In this document: positions 27,609-40,556 of the stretch, one piece after another
Layout: each line of letters begins with the position of its first letter
Numbering within the stretch: the first letter of the stretch is position 1
Assembly (NCBI RefSeq): GCF_964355755.1
Contig: NC_092676.1
Location: 11,013,888 to 11,077,887 of the forward strand
Length of the DNA: 64,000 bases
Origin: Antedon mediterranea
Taxonomy: Eukaryota > Animalia > Echinodermata
Reading direction: 5' to 3'
Made by a program: the position numbers and the translations under genes
The notes under the pieces: generated by a model
Told to the model about the DNA's origin: nothing
Databases searched by the model: none
The model's input: only the letters and a program-made list of their open reading frames with translations

Positions 27609-28507
27609 GCGATTTTTTTTTTCGTACATAAGTTGGGGGCCCCCTCATGAAACGTCACAAAATAAACATGAATACTTCATCATTTAAATGTTCTTGTTCC
27701 GTGTGCACCCAAGCGTATAGCAACCAGAAGTGATTACAGTTTACACAAGTGCGGTACGATTCTAGGCCTATCTCCGCTGTGGTTGCCGCGTGCGATTTCA
27801 TAATAGAATAGCGGCGTTTTGTGTAGATTGTCGAAATAATCAGCCTTTAGTTTATGGTGTTTTTAATATAATTTATTACTAAAGAATTACGTGTTAAAAT
27901 TATAGTTTCTATTGATACTATTAGGCCTAATTACTAGTCTCTAAACCCATGTCTATTCTAGTAGTAGCTGTGTTGGTGTGTGTGACGTGTGTGTTAGTTT
28001 AGTTATGACACAGTCAGAGTAATAAGTCAGCAAAATTAAACAATAAACATTACACAAAAATACATTTTTTATTCTCGTGGGTCTAATCTTCCCATCTCAT
28101 GTGTTGATATACGCGCATTTTTTAAGTTCCTTTGAGTACATGCATATTGTTTGATAATAAAATAGCAGAATTAAAAAATTACAGCACACAAATTATACAC
28201 ATTCTTTATTCTTGTGGGTCTAAGCTTTCTTTGGGCTATGTCCAATGAATTACTACTTAGTTTAATGTCTTGCCTAGCAGCTGTCGATTAGCCTCGACTC
28301 GAAGAAGAGTGCGCGAAGGCAATCACGTGAATTGACTTAAAATCCTAGGCCTACTGTAGAAAGTATCGTATCGCAGTTGTGTAATCACTTCTTGTTGCTA
28401 TACGCTTGGGTGCACACGGAACAACAAATTGAACTGATGAATTATTCATGTTTATTTTGTGACGTTTCATGAGGGGTCCCCAACTTATGTACGAAAAAAA
28501 AAATCGC
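27609..28507. mobile_element. Mutator-like MITE with long TIRs
   Basis: ~130-bp TIR starting GCGATTTTTTTTTTCGTACATAAG; 9-bp TSD AGCCGGGAC (27600-08, 28508-16). Confidence 0.75.
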
Positions 28508-29046
28508 AGCCGGGACGCCCTCTATACCAATGAGTATAACCAAGGAACACAAACACTTGAGTACGGGTACTTCTTTGTCTTTATTCCAAAGCGGTAAAAC
28601 TGCAAACAAACATAATCGATACATAGTCTAGTCACAAACATCATGAATAAAATGATTAATGGATTTAAATAGTAAATATGTCAGAATGGTGAAATATTAC
28701 ATTCTCTACAAACAGAGATTATCAACTGTTTGCAAACTTCAATTCCTTACAATAAAGTTTAGCGTTACGCATAACACACTTCAGTTACATCAAAACCTAT
28801 GAACAATCGAATGTAAACATAATAACAGATTATTACAAATAAACTTACAGAGTGTGACTCAACATAATACGGATTCAATCTGAGGAAGCTTCGGGAAATA
28901 ATGTCTAAAAAGAAACATATTATCACTAAATAATAACGTTGGTAAACACCGCCCTCAATCTCTAAACTAACTCATAAATATTCATGACTAAGAAAAATCG
29001 GCGAGTGGAGGTCCTTTAGCAGAAGCTATAAATGACCAGAAACTAA

Positions 29047-30157
29047 GGGCCTGTTCAGACCTACGGAGTTATGCTTTCGTATTGTACGCGGCGTACAAGT
29101 CCATAGGTCTGAACCAGGAAAAGATTAGTGGAAGCCACCTCGTACGACACTGATATTTCGTACGCTACGAAAGCTCAAGGTATGAGTTTAGTGGACGTCG
29201 CCACATCACATCGTGACATGTGCTCCTCATCGCGTATAGCCAAGCTGATCCATTTGTTGTGATCGGTGAACGTGCGAAAAAATCATACCTTTTGTTGTTA
29301 CCCTATACAGTATTATTATTATTATATTAATTAATTTAAAATGTCATCAAAGCGTGCGCATTGACGAGAAACCGAAGTAAAATACCTTATTTCATTGTGG
29401 GGAAGCCCTGAGTTCAGAGATCGGTTGGAAGTGAAAAACTGGCGTAAAAGCACCGGCGGCAACAAGATGTCTGTGTTCAACGACATGGCGGACACGTTAG
29501 CAGATGGGCCATCCTCATAAAGAAGGATTTAATATCCAAACGAAATTGAAGTGGTCGTCGTATAAAGCGGCAAAAGACCGAGTAAATAAATCTGGAGCCG
29601 GTGCAAGTACGGGATTTGAACATTTTTCTGCCATAAATGATATTTTAGGTCATAGACCAAATATAAACCCAAACCCAAAAACGATCGGCTGGTTGGTATG
29701 CCTGACAACCAATCGATAATGCCGAGCCCAAGTGTTTGGTCTAGGCCTGTAACTTCTAAACCAACCACTACTACTTTTAATAACAACGAAGGTAGGTCTA
29801 TGCGTGCGTTAGAATTTGGTTAATCGCCAGCGAGTGATATCATATCCATTTGTAACGCAACTTCGTTGCACTTGTGGTATTCGATTGGGAACTTTCGTTG
29901 TCAACGTAAAGATTCGTTGAGTACTTTTTGTATTCGAATTGTAAATTTGTGCTCTACAGAAAGTCATTCGAATAGAAAACGTTGACAACGAAAGCTTTTT
30001 CGTTAAGAACAATCTCAAACGCTCAAATAGTACTCCGTTAAAGAAGTACTCAACGGAAAAACTGTACTCAACGGTGAAGGTCTAAATCGAATACGACAAT
30101 TAAAATATGACCTTGGCTGTGATACGAAAGCATAACTCCGTAGGTCTGAACATACCC
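29047..30157 (+). mobile_element. Non-autonomous PIF/Harbinger element with Myb/SANT remnant
   Basis: TIR GGGCCTGTTCAGACCTACGGAGTTATGCTTTCGTAT; TAA TSD (29044-46, 30158-60). Broken Myb/SANT-like frame from 29341 (MSSKRAH*RETEVKYLISLWG). Confidence 0.85.
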
Positions 30158-30601
30158 TAAGAAAATTATACGATTAAATTATAACCTTCTAGTGCTTAAA
30201 ATATATATGGATAAACGCTAGTTGTATTTTAGGCTTAACATACGGCATACAGTGCTAACATATGGCATACAACGTTAACATAGGTGTACATTCTTCGTTA
30301 ACAACAACAACGACGAGCCACACCTTGTCATCCTCGTGGTAACATGTTGGACCAAAGATCCATAACATTCTTCTAATATAATAAGTAACAGCTAACAAAA
30401 TAACAACTATCAGATTCTAAGGTAAAAACATAACTACTATATATAGGTTCCGAAACTCACCAGAAAACATAAAGACGGTGATAAACACAGGTAACTTTGC
30501 ATAATTTGTTAAAAAGAACATAACCTTGCGGTCGGTAGAGCTAACCTTAGTTGACCCCAGAGGGCGCTACGATCAATAAAACTCCTCAAACGGACAGCAC
30601 A

Positions 30602-33600
30602 ACACCTCCTCCCCTTCTACAAAAGTGCGTTCTTTTGCATGACGACCATGGGCTAATTTCTGTTTTTCAAGGGTGTAAAAGATCAAATGCGTTTTCAAAT
30701 TTCGACCGTTAAGTAATTCTGCTGGTGTTTTGCCAGTTGTGCTATGAGGTGTATTTCTATATTTAAATAGTAATCTTGTGACTTTTGTTTCGGTAGATCC
30801 GTCTTTCAAACGTTTCATTGCTTCTTTAAATGTGCGTACAGCACGTTCCGCAAGACCATTCGATGATGGGTGATATGGGGCTGTTAAAGAATGTCTTATT
30901 CCATTTCGCTTTATGAATGTGTGAAATTCATCACTGGTGAAACATGTTTCACTGTCGGATACTATTTTATCTGGCAATCCATGCGATGCAAATATAAGCC
31001 TGAGCTTATCCACTGTGGTATTTGTCGTTGAGGAATTTACCGGAATTACCTCAAGCCATTTTGAGTATGCGTCGACAAGTATTAAAAAACATTTTTCCCA
31101 TAAATGGTCCAGCATAGTCGATGTGTAATCGTGACCATGGTCTATTTGACCAATTCAATAGGTGCAATGGTTCTTTAGGTGGTAAAGTTCGATTGGATTG
31201 GCATGTATCGCACTGTTTTGTCCTTAATTTGTTTGTCCATATTAGGCCACCATAACGAATCCCGAGCAAAACTTTTCATTCTGACAATTCCAGGATGACC
31301 GTCATGTAGTGCTTGTAGCAACTGTTTTCTACCAGGCTGTGGAACAACAATTCTATTTCCCCACAAAATACATCCATCTTGTGTAGAGAGTTCTCTTTGT
31401 CGGATCCAAGATGGTTGCAAGTTTTCAATTTTTGGATTAGTATTGGGCCAACCCTTTTCAATGTAGTAAAGAACTCGAGAAAGTGTTGGATCTTTAACTG
31501 TCCAACCTGTAATATCTGCTGTGGAAACTGGAGATTGGTTCATTGAATCCATCAATAGAACAGTTTCGGCAGCTTGTGTGGAATTGATTCTGGTTTTCCT
31601 GGCAATAGTAATCTGCTTAAGGCATCCGCATTGGCATGGGACTTTGTCGGTTTGAATCTTAATGTATATTTGTATGTACCTAATTTCAGCGCCCAACGTT
31701 GGATTCTAGCTGATGCTTGGCTAGGCACAAGTCTGTCCTCATTAATAAGACCCAGCAATGGCTTATGGTCTGTTACCAATGTGAAATGTCACCATAAATG
31801 TAAGAATGAAATCGGGTTACTCCGAAAACGCATGCAAAACCTTCTTTCTCAATTTGCGAATACTTTTTTCCGCTTCTGCAAGTGTTCTAGATGCAAATGC
31901 GATCGGTCTTTTTGTACCGTCACTTAGTCGATGTGCTAACACAGCCCCAATTCCATATTGAGATGCATCACACGGTAGTATTATTTCCTTTTTTGGATCA
32001 TAATGTGCAAGTACTCTGGAGGAAAGTAGCAATTCATTTGATTTATCAAAAGTAGATTTTTCTAAATGTGTCTAGTTCCAAGCTTTATCCTTACGAAGTA
32101 AGGCATATAACGGAGCAAGCGTGTTGGATACGTTTGGTAAAAACTTTCCATAATAAGATAACAATCCCAAATAAGCTCTCAGTTCTGTCAAGTTTTGAGG
32201 CGCTGGAGCATCTTTAATTGCTCTCACTTTGGCGTTTGTGGGATGCAATTCCTCTTTGTCGATCGTGTGTCCCAAATAATCTACAGATTTAACCATAAAA
32301 ACACACTTTTTTTTAGACGAAGTCCAGCATCTGCCAGTCGATTTAGGACGGTTTCAAGAGTTTTGGAGTAATTTTTTCCTGTAATTAATATATCGTCCAG
32401 GTATACTGTAACACCTTTAATTCCTTGTAATAGTCTTTCCATGACACGCTGGAAAATTGCTGGTGCTGAAGATACTCCAAACGGCAACCGTGTTTATTGG
32501 TAAAGTCCCTTTTGAGTGTTGATTACAACATATTTTCGAGAATCTTTGTCTAAGAGTAATTGTTGGTACGCTTGTGACATGTCCAATTTAGTAAATTTTT
32601 CTCCGTTAGCTAACGATGAAAAGATATCTTCAATCCTGGGCAAAGGATACTGATCAACTTTGGCTGGTTTATTTACAGTAATTTTGTAGTCACCACAGAT
32701 CCTAACGGTAGATTTATCCGCCTTAAGTACCGGAACTATTGGTGCAACGCAGTCTGAAAACTGTATAGGTTCAATAATGCCTTCTCGTTGTAAGCGATCA
32801 AGTACGTCATCTACTTTCTGTCGCAAAGCATACGGAACATTTCTGGCTTTGCAAAATGTTGGCATTGTCTCTTTATCAACGTAAATTTTTGCTTCAGTAC
32901 CCTTAAGGGTACCTAGTTCGTCTCTAAATATTTCTTGGTATTAACCAAGCAGTGAACTTAAATCTAATTGGTTTATTACCTTGATTTTTTGCCAGTCCAA
33001 CTTTATAAACTGAAGCCAGTCTCGACCAATTAGGGTAGGTCCATCTGTTCGCACAATCGTTAATAGTAATATTGTAGTAGTACTCTGGTATGTAACTTCA
33101 GCATTAATTTTACCAAAAACATCCATTATTTGTCCAGTGTGTGTACGTAGCTTAATTGACGATGGTTCAAGTTCTCTTTTAGGCCATAATTGCCTAAATT
33201 TTGTCTGCGACATTATTGATACCGAGGCTCCTGTGTCAATTTCCATTTCAGTATCCAAACCATCTAACAGTATCTTAACTTTCATAGGTGGAAGACTAGA
33301 CATGGTCTTTATTCCAAATAATTCTTCATACATTTCTGTACGTAGCTATGTTTGCTTGGTTCATCGCTTGTTGGCTCATCTGCCACAACATTTTTAACCG
33401 TTTGGGGCTTCCCCTTTTTTTGCTAAGACAAACAAATTGAATGTGTCCTACCTTGTTACAATAATGGCAAGTTGTTTACTTAAAATAACATTTGTCTGGC
33501 AAATGGTTATTCTTTCCACAGCGAAAACATCGTTTCGACTTCTTATCTGTATTTGATGTAAATTTTGACTTCTTTTTGTAAGCAATCTTGTTTACTGCGC

Positions 33601-34120
33601 CAGATCTCTTACATTTCTTGTTGCAGTCTCGATGCTAGTTGCAATTTCAACAGCTTTTTTCCAGTGTCAGTGCTTTTTCTGCAAAAAGACTTCTTTGAAT
33701 TCCGTTATTACGGACGCCACAAACTAGACGATCTCGTAACATTGTATTGAGCGAGGCTCCCAAGTTACAGAATTCTGCCAGCGATCAAAGTGATGCCATA
33801 AATTCAGGCACTGTTTCATTATCACGTCGAAGGCGTGAGTTGAATTTGTATTGCTGTACAATTTCACTTGGCACTAACTGGACTGTGATGCCCATTCACA
33901 GCTGTTACCAGCTCATCGAATGTTTTATCCTTGGGTTTTTTCTGGTGTAACCAAATTTCGTAACAGCTTATAAGATGATGGGCCAATAACTGTTCGCAGC
34001 TTGTTTCTTCTCCTCTGTAGTAATTTCGTTTGCCTCGAAATACAAGTCTAAACGCTCAACATACTGTGACCAATCTTACCTTCCTTCAATAAATTCTTCA
34101 ATTTTGCCAATAAGGGTCAT
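30602..34120 (-). pseudogene. Gypsy gag-pol, heavily frameshifted
   Basis: ATG at 34120 (MTLIGKIEEF..WSQYVERL), zinc-knuckle-like region ~33440-33530, and PR, RT, RH, IN fragments (LHDGHPGIVRMK, VDAYSKW, YHPSSNGLAERAV). Confidence 0.9.
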
Positions 34121-34699
34121 TCTCGTCACCAGTGTAATGTACCGATTTACAATACAAATAAGTGAGAGAGAGAGACAAGTTCTGTTATAGTTGAAAGCTA
34201 GCACTGAAGTGTTTATTCTTTATTCTACATCTACTATATATAATAACAATATATGTAATGGGTAATTAATCTGTCAAGGTGCAATGTTTAGTGGTCTCAG
34301 CAGAGGGTCTACTTTAGCCATTAGTGACCAAGTATTAGGAGTATAGAAGTGGGTTAACATAATATATATGGCAACAGGTGAATGGAAGTATAAATAAATG
34401 GAAGCAAGTAATATTACTCAAGTTCAATACATTACAGTGGCGAAGCTATTTCTAACCTTCATCTCTCAAGAGCCCTATGTGATGCAAATGGGTACCTATT
34501 AAAGGCAAATAAAGCCAATGCCTCGAAGGTCTTTAAAACAATGTATCCTGATGCTTTTGACAGTAAACTAAGGTTTCTAGCATAGGGAGTCTAGTATACA
34601 TAATAGATGGTATGTTTATAATCAATAGTGATCCACTTTCATCGTATACAAACATAAAATAATACATCCAGTTTTTTTATGATATGTGGGTAAATTCTA

Positions 34700-35720
34700 T
34701 TATTAGGTTTTATGATGCTAGCTACAGAGGTTCACATGCTCTTTGATGATCAAAATAGACAAGGAGTTAGCCCTAAAGATTTTAAACGAGCTACTGTAGA
34801 CGCGATAAACATAACAACAGTGATGAAGTTCAATATGATGGTTTCGAGTTGACAAAGTGACAAAGTGTCCATCTAGATGAGCAACATTTATAGGTGTTAG
34901 GAGCAACAAGCGTCTTCTTGTCACATTAAAATCAAGGCAATTTTTGAAATTGACGTTGGTTACATCTGGTGGATTTGATGGCGAGCATAGAGACAGGGCA
35001 TTTGCTTCTAGGAACGGCGAGGCTGTTAGTTGTTCTTAATACAAAAACAGCCATGAAGAATTGATAGCAGGGTATGGTGTGGTAGGGTATGTATTTACAG
35101 TCCAGATAGGAATACATTTCATGTAGGGTTGCCTTTATTACAACATTTGACTGGCAAAGAAATGCTTGTAATTAACTTTAAATTTAAATAATCCTGAATA
35201 TTTGAACCTCAACAAATTGAGTGCAGTCACTCAATTCATCTTTAGATACACAGGCACTCGGTAGTAACTTACCGAAAGACACAGCTTTTTATGAAAATTG
35301 TTTACATTGTTTGTGGTTGTGACTTTGTGTCCTTCTTTATTCAAAGATGACTTTTTTCTCTAGAACAGGTTAACATTGATAGCTGTGAGGAATGTCTACT
35401 TGCTTTTTATAGATTTGTAGGAGCTGTGTATTTCCATTGACATCGTAGTGCTTTCAAACAGGACAGTCCGTCAAATCTATTTGATGATATTACAGATAAG
35501 TGTGAAGGGATTACAGGACATGTAACTTTTGTTAACAACATAAGAAATGCTACATTCCATATTATTTCTTCCGAGAGTGAATGGATGCCAACATCTGAAG
35601 CTTGACGCTTCCATTGGTTAGGCTTCATGGTCAACTTGTGGACAGAAGCATTTGAATGTAATCCAGCTTCTTTAGACGAAGTTTGGACGGTCTGTGCAGG
35701 ATGGTAATGTATTGACAAAT
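34700..35720 (-). pseudogene. Possible YqaJ/lambda-exonuclease transposon ORF remnant (ISL2EU-like)
   Basis: Degenerate fragments SC..LRCQW and a frameshifted (L)E.KCP; many disruptions. Confidence 0.3.
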
Positions 35721-37484
35721 TGACAAAATATACTGTAGCCTTTGATTGCCCTTGTTTTGGCCTAACCTACCACTAGTAATTTTTTTTCTTGCACTATTTT
35801 TAATACCGGTTGGAGCCAATTTAGTCTGGAAAATCTTTTTAGAAAAACCTGCTTGAGAACACTGAAATTAATTAAACGGTAACATTAAAAATATAAAGTT
35901 AAAAAAAACACATTTAAAACATTGATATTCTTAGTTTGATCATTTTTACCTCCATTGTTTGATAGTCATATACCTTATATAATAATTGTGCAATGTTTGA
36001 TATTGGCAATTTTAAAATTAAAACAACTGTTTGAAACTTTAATATTCTTTGTAAGCTCTGTCTACACTATCAAACTTTGTGATAAAAAATGTGATGTACC
36101 TGTATGTGAACATGTTAATGTCTTTTGGGAGGCATCCTTTCATCATTTTGTTATGGTTTTATATTAATAAGGAATTTAACGTTAAAACAGCCGTTTTTTA
36201 AGTTGGTAGGTGTAATGATATGTCAAATGAATAAAATATTAAATGAAAAAACACGATTTTGTGAGAGATGAGTAGTAAAATAAGTTGGCCTAGCCCTCAT
36301 AGAGGGCGTTTGAGGGGATGACATTAGTTAATCCTATTATAATTAATACAATGGTAAACAATGGTAAGGGAGTAAGACAATGGAGTTGTTATTTAATTTG
36401 AAAAAGACAATGGTTAACGATGGTAAGGAAGTAAGACAATAGAGTTGTTTGGTTTTGGAAGTTAATCAATGACAATATTAAAAAGACAAGAATATAATGA
36501 AGTGATATTTAAGTATGTCTTTATTGAACTATACTATTTCCTTTTAAAATAAAACAAAAAGGAGGTAAAGAGGGACGCTACTATTTTAATGTGTATAAAT
36601 ATAGGGTAAAATTTATACTGAACTCATCAGTATCAGTTTTCAAAGCGTTGTAAGTTATTTGATCCGGATATTATAACAATGACTAAAACATCGGCCTAGT
36701 CAGTCGTGATTATAATATTGGTTAACAATGGAGGTAGTATAAGACAATAGAGAATATCATTTCACTAGAATTGTTATATAGAATTGTTATATATTAATAT
36801 ACATTATAATATAAAATTATTAAATAATAAATAAAAAATATTTGGTGATGATTTAGTCGTTTGTGATGAGAACAAATGGTTTACAATGGTTGAAGTCAAT
36901 AGGTGTTATGTTTCGGATATAATAATACAATGGTTAACATTGGGTAAGGAAGTAAAAGATTGTTGTAAGATTTGAATTAGTCATGTACTTGGCGGTATTT
37001 TTAAAAAGGGGTACAATAAAAGATGCACCTGGTTTAATTAAAACAACGTAACAACATAAGTTATTTGATCAGGATATTATAACAATGACTAAAACAAAAA
37101 GTTAAGAGAATTTAGTACAGTTTTCATCAGTATGAACTTCTACAAACCAACAGCTGATTACGCCGATTCTAAATTAGCTGATAAGGCTAAGGCTACTATG
37201 CAGCGAGTTATGAGAAAACGGTTTGATCTTCGATGATCTTGGATCGGAAATTTTTTAAATTGAATGACATTGGGGAAGCTACTTAATGAAACAAAAGATA
37301 CACGGCGCTTCGACACAATGTTCCGACAGGAAATACAACAATGACAATTGGCTGAAACAAATTTGGTAAATGCCGAATGTAATCTTTTGACTGTATATAA
37401 CTCTCGAATATTTTGTAATATTTACCTCATTCTACAACGCTACAGAGCTCGACAAGACAGACAAAAAACCAACAACTAGTTACT

Positions 37485-38214
37485 ATGGGTTCCGTGATTG
37501 AAATCATTGATCTTACTATGGACTCTGATGTCGAAGAAGAAGTTATATATATATAAGCAGTGATTCAAAATTTGAAGACGAAGACATACTAGCTATGACT
37601 GGTGCCTATTTTACAGCAAAGGAGGAGGAAGAGATGAGGGAAGAGATGGGGGATATGACGTGTTTAATGGCGATTCAACCCCACCTCCAATGAACGTTGA
37701 TTTCAATAATGTATCTAATACTGAAGAAGACGAACATTATAGATCGAGAATAATTTCTGAAGAGGAGAGGATTGTATACGATGACACGTCATCGGTAGTT
37801 GACTACCACCTATTTCTGGCAAGAAAAGCCGATGTAGAAGATGAGGTAGAAGATGAGGTGTTTGCGGAAGAGTACCTGAACCCTGTGCTGGAGGCGGAGA
37901 TTAAGAAAGAAACTACCGAACTTGAGTACAAAGAGATAATGAGAACAATTGAGAAGGTTTTCATAGAAGAATTTATATTCATTCTGAAGGACATGGTTGA
38001 ACGTTATAACTTTCACGGCTCAAGATATGAACAACTCCTAACATTTTTTCGACCAATTCTGGCATTGCAACTTGTGGACAATAGCGCTACTCATTTTGAA
38101 TGGGCGCTAAACTACTTTCATTTACGTTGTATCAATGTTGATGCGTTCGATAAAGCCATAAAGTTGATTACAAATGATTCAGAACTTTTTAATAAGATTC
38201 TTTACCAATTGTAA
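37485..38214 (+). CDS. Acidic orphan Polinton protein with SIM-like motifs (frameshifted 5' part plus 184-aa ORF); mirror copy 45394-46121 (-)
   Basis: MGSVIEIIDLTMDSDVEEEVIYISSDSEFEDED overlaps the 184-aa acidic/helical ORF in another frame. Confidence 0.55.
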
Positions 38215-38468
38215 TTTGTACAAATTAAAAATAATATCTTAACACTTTTTTAATTAATGTTACATAATTTTGTAATTCTTATTTCTTTTCGGTAAATTTA
38301 TTATTATTATGGTTGTAAATTATATTGAAATAGAATGTGTGTTAAAATAAAGGTTGTGTTTTTTCTTTTAAAAGCAAAAACAACGAAAATGAAATTTGAT
38401 CTTTGCGTGTTATTTAAGTATCTGATTTATTTTTTTAATTTTCATTTGGGTGAATGAGAGTAATGAGT

Positions 38469-38700
38469 ATGAATGAGTACTTAAGAAAAGTATATTACAA
38501 TTCTAAGCATCCTGATAGTTTTGGTGGTGTGGACCGACTTTATCAAAATGTAAAAGACGATTTAAATATTACCAAGAGACAAGTTCAAGACTGACTGAGC
38601 AAGCAAGATACATATACATTACACAAATCCATTCAACGTAAATTCAAACAAAACTGGGTACTTGTAAGTGCTATTGATGAACAATGGGGAATGGATTTGG
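38469..38700 (+). pseudogene. Polinton retroviral-like integrase N-terminal fragment; mirror ~44915-45140 (-)
   Basis: MNEYLRKVYYNSKHPDSFGGVDRLY...VQD*LSKQDTYTLHK..IDEQWGMDL, typical of Polinton integrase N-termini. The in-frame TGA is shared by both arms. Confidence 0.8.
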
Positions 38701-38727
38701 AAAAATAACGTTTTATAAAATTTGATT

Positions 38728-38890
38728 CAGACAAACTGTTTGCAAAATCAAAGGTTTGACTCTAGATTTCCAAAAATCAAAGGAAGTCAATTTTGAAATA
38801 GTTGGTAGCATGGTACGAGGAATCGGACTGGAAAAAATAACAACAACTAATCCTAACAAAATAACCCGTAAACCAAAATCTCACTTAATA
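38728..38890 (+). pseudogene. Polinton protein-primed DNA polymerase B C-terminal fragment; mirror ~44727-44890 (-)
   Basis: RQTVCKIKGLTLDFQKSKEVNFEIV..ITTTNPNKITR resembles the Polinton pPolB TVCKVRGFTLN..INF motif. Confidence 0.7.
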
Positions 38891-40274
38891 TTTATTTTTT
38901 ATTAGAAATTTGTAAAAGTAGTTACCCTATTTTAATTCATGGTAAATTTATTTTTCGAATTAATTTAATTTGTTTTATTTTCTGTTGAATTTTTATTATT
39001 ATTATGTTTGTAAAGTGTATTGCAATAGATTTGTTTAATAAAATAAATAAATTAATTATGTTTTGACTTAATTTATGTCAGTGTAAATTTTGTAAAAGTA
39101 GTTTTCCTATTTTAATTCATGATAAGTTTATTTCATGACTTTACTTAATTTTTTCTTTTCTGTTAAAGTAGAATGTGTATTGAAATACATTTTGTTTTTT
39201 AACATCAACAACAAAAAAATGAAATTTTATCTTTGCGTGTTGTTTAATTCGTGTATGATGTTTTTCTAATTTATTTATACAAAAAAAAAAGAAAACAAGT
39301 TTTTGAATTTGTTAAATGTAATTGCAAACATACATAATAAATTATTGCAATTAAAAATTATATTTTGTAAAGTGTATTACAATAGAATGTGTATTGAAAT
39401 ACATTTTGTTTTTAACATCAACAACAAAAATGAAATTTGATCTTTGCGTGTTGTTTAACTCGTGTATGAAGTTTTTGAATTTGTTAAATGTAATTGCAAA
39501 CATACATATTAAATGATTGTGATTAAAAATATTCTGTTTACTTTTTATTTTTTATTTTAAACAGTAGTATTTTTAACAGTAGTTATATTTTATATATAAT
39601 AAGTAATATTACAAAAATAAACATACAAAATGTATAAAGCATAGACTTATTAAATTTAAATACACTTTCTTTATTTCAAAATGAATTTCATTTTATACGT
39701 GTTTTCAATTTTAAATCTTTTAAGAAAGACACAATACGTACTGATATAAAAACGCACACAAAAGAAAACAAATTTGAGACGCACGGTTTGTAACGACACT
39801 TTCAATAAGAAGGCATATTATAAATGTATTTTTACCAAATTTATAAAGTAAATGCTTATTATTGAGAAATATACATTTTAGATAAATGATAACACATCTA
39901 AAATTAATTAGAGAGATCAATACAATATGGTGTTCATAATAATTTGTTTTTGATGACTAGAGGAAACATCTGAAGACATTCAACGAAAAACAAGCGTTAT
40001 CACCATACCAGTCACTAAGAATGCTACTATTCTGAAGAAAAAAACATCTCCCTTCCTACACAGAAACAAATTCTGAACGAAAATAAAAAATAAAAAAATA
40101 AAAAATAATTAGTAAACAAAACACGCGCATTATAAATAAAATGAATAATTTAAGAATATTTGTTAAACTACCCACGAACAAAAAACGAAACATACTAACC
40201 GATTCATCGTCATTACGAAGTTCAAATAACGAAAACTTTTCCTTGAAAAATCCACAGGAGACACGTTTTACATT

Positions 40275-40556
40275 TTATAACTGCAATTCAGTGTCACATT
40301 GTGTCGCAACACATGTACATACAACGAGTCCTGTCACAAGTCTGCCGACATTTATTTTTCTATCGCTCATCATTTGTTCTAATACATAATACAGCGCTTC
40401 CAAAGAAATATCTTTACACAATTCTAACACATTAAAATTGTTTTCCAACTCTTTACAAGCACGAATAGTACTCTGGAGGATGGGTGAATCCAAAACAACT
40501 AACCCCGTCAATTTATATTCGATGTATGCTAAAACTACTTCCTCTAAATCAACCAT
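40275..40556 (-). CDS. Bcl-2-like protein, left arm
   Basis: From ATG 40556: BH4-like DLEEVVLAYIEYKL, BH3-like ILQSTIRACKELE, BH1-like VLEQMMSDRKINVGRLV. Confidence 0.65.
   Translation of the reverse strand: MVDLEEVVLAYIEYKLTGLVVLDSPILQSTIRACKELENNFNVLELCKDISLEALYYVLEQMMSDRKINVGRLVTGLVVCTCVATQCDTELQL

Larger units (their letters stand above)
27583..30601 (-). mobile_element. Probable solo LTR (~1 kb after removing two nested insertions)
   Basis: TGT...ACA termini; 5-bp TSD ACACC (27578-82, 30602-06). Removal rejoins the integrase frame GEEV|YIKNFRG. AATAAA on the - strand near 28580. Confidence 0.7.
24392..34436 (-). mobile_element. Gypsy LTR retrotransposon (decayed, with nested insertions)
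   Basis: LTRs 34133-34436 (TG..CA) and 24392-~24668 (inner end deleted). 5-bp TSD GTGGC (24387-91, 34437-41). PBS-like TGGTGACGAG next to the 5' LTR. Order gag, protease (IDTGAS), RT (YLDD), RNase H ([11 protein letters not shown]), integrase. Confidence 0.92.

Noticed and set aside
39720-39920. 66-aa ORF duplicated in both arms
   Set aside because: Non-ATG start and AT-driven composition; duplication is explained by the palindrome.
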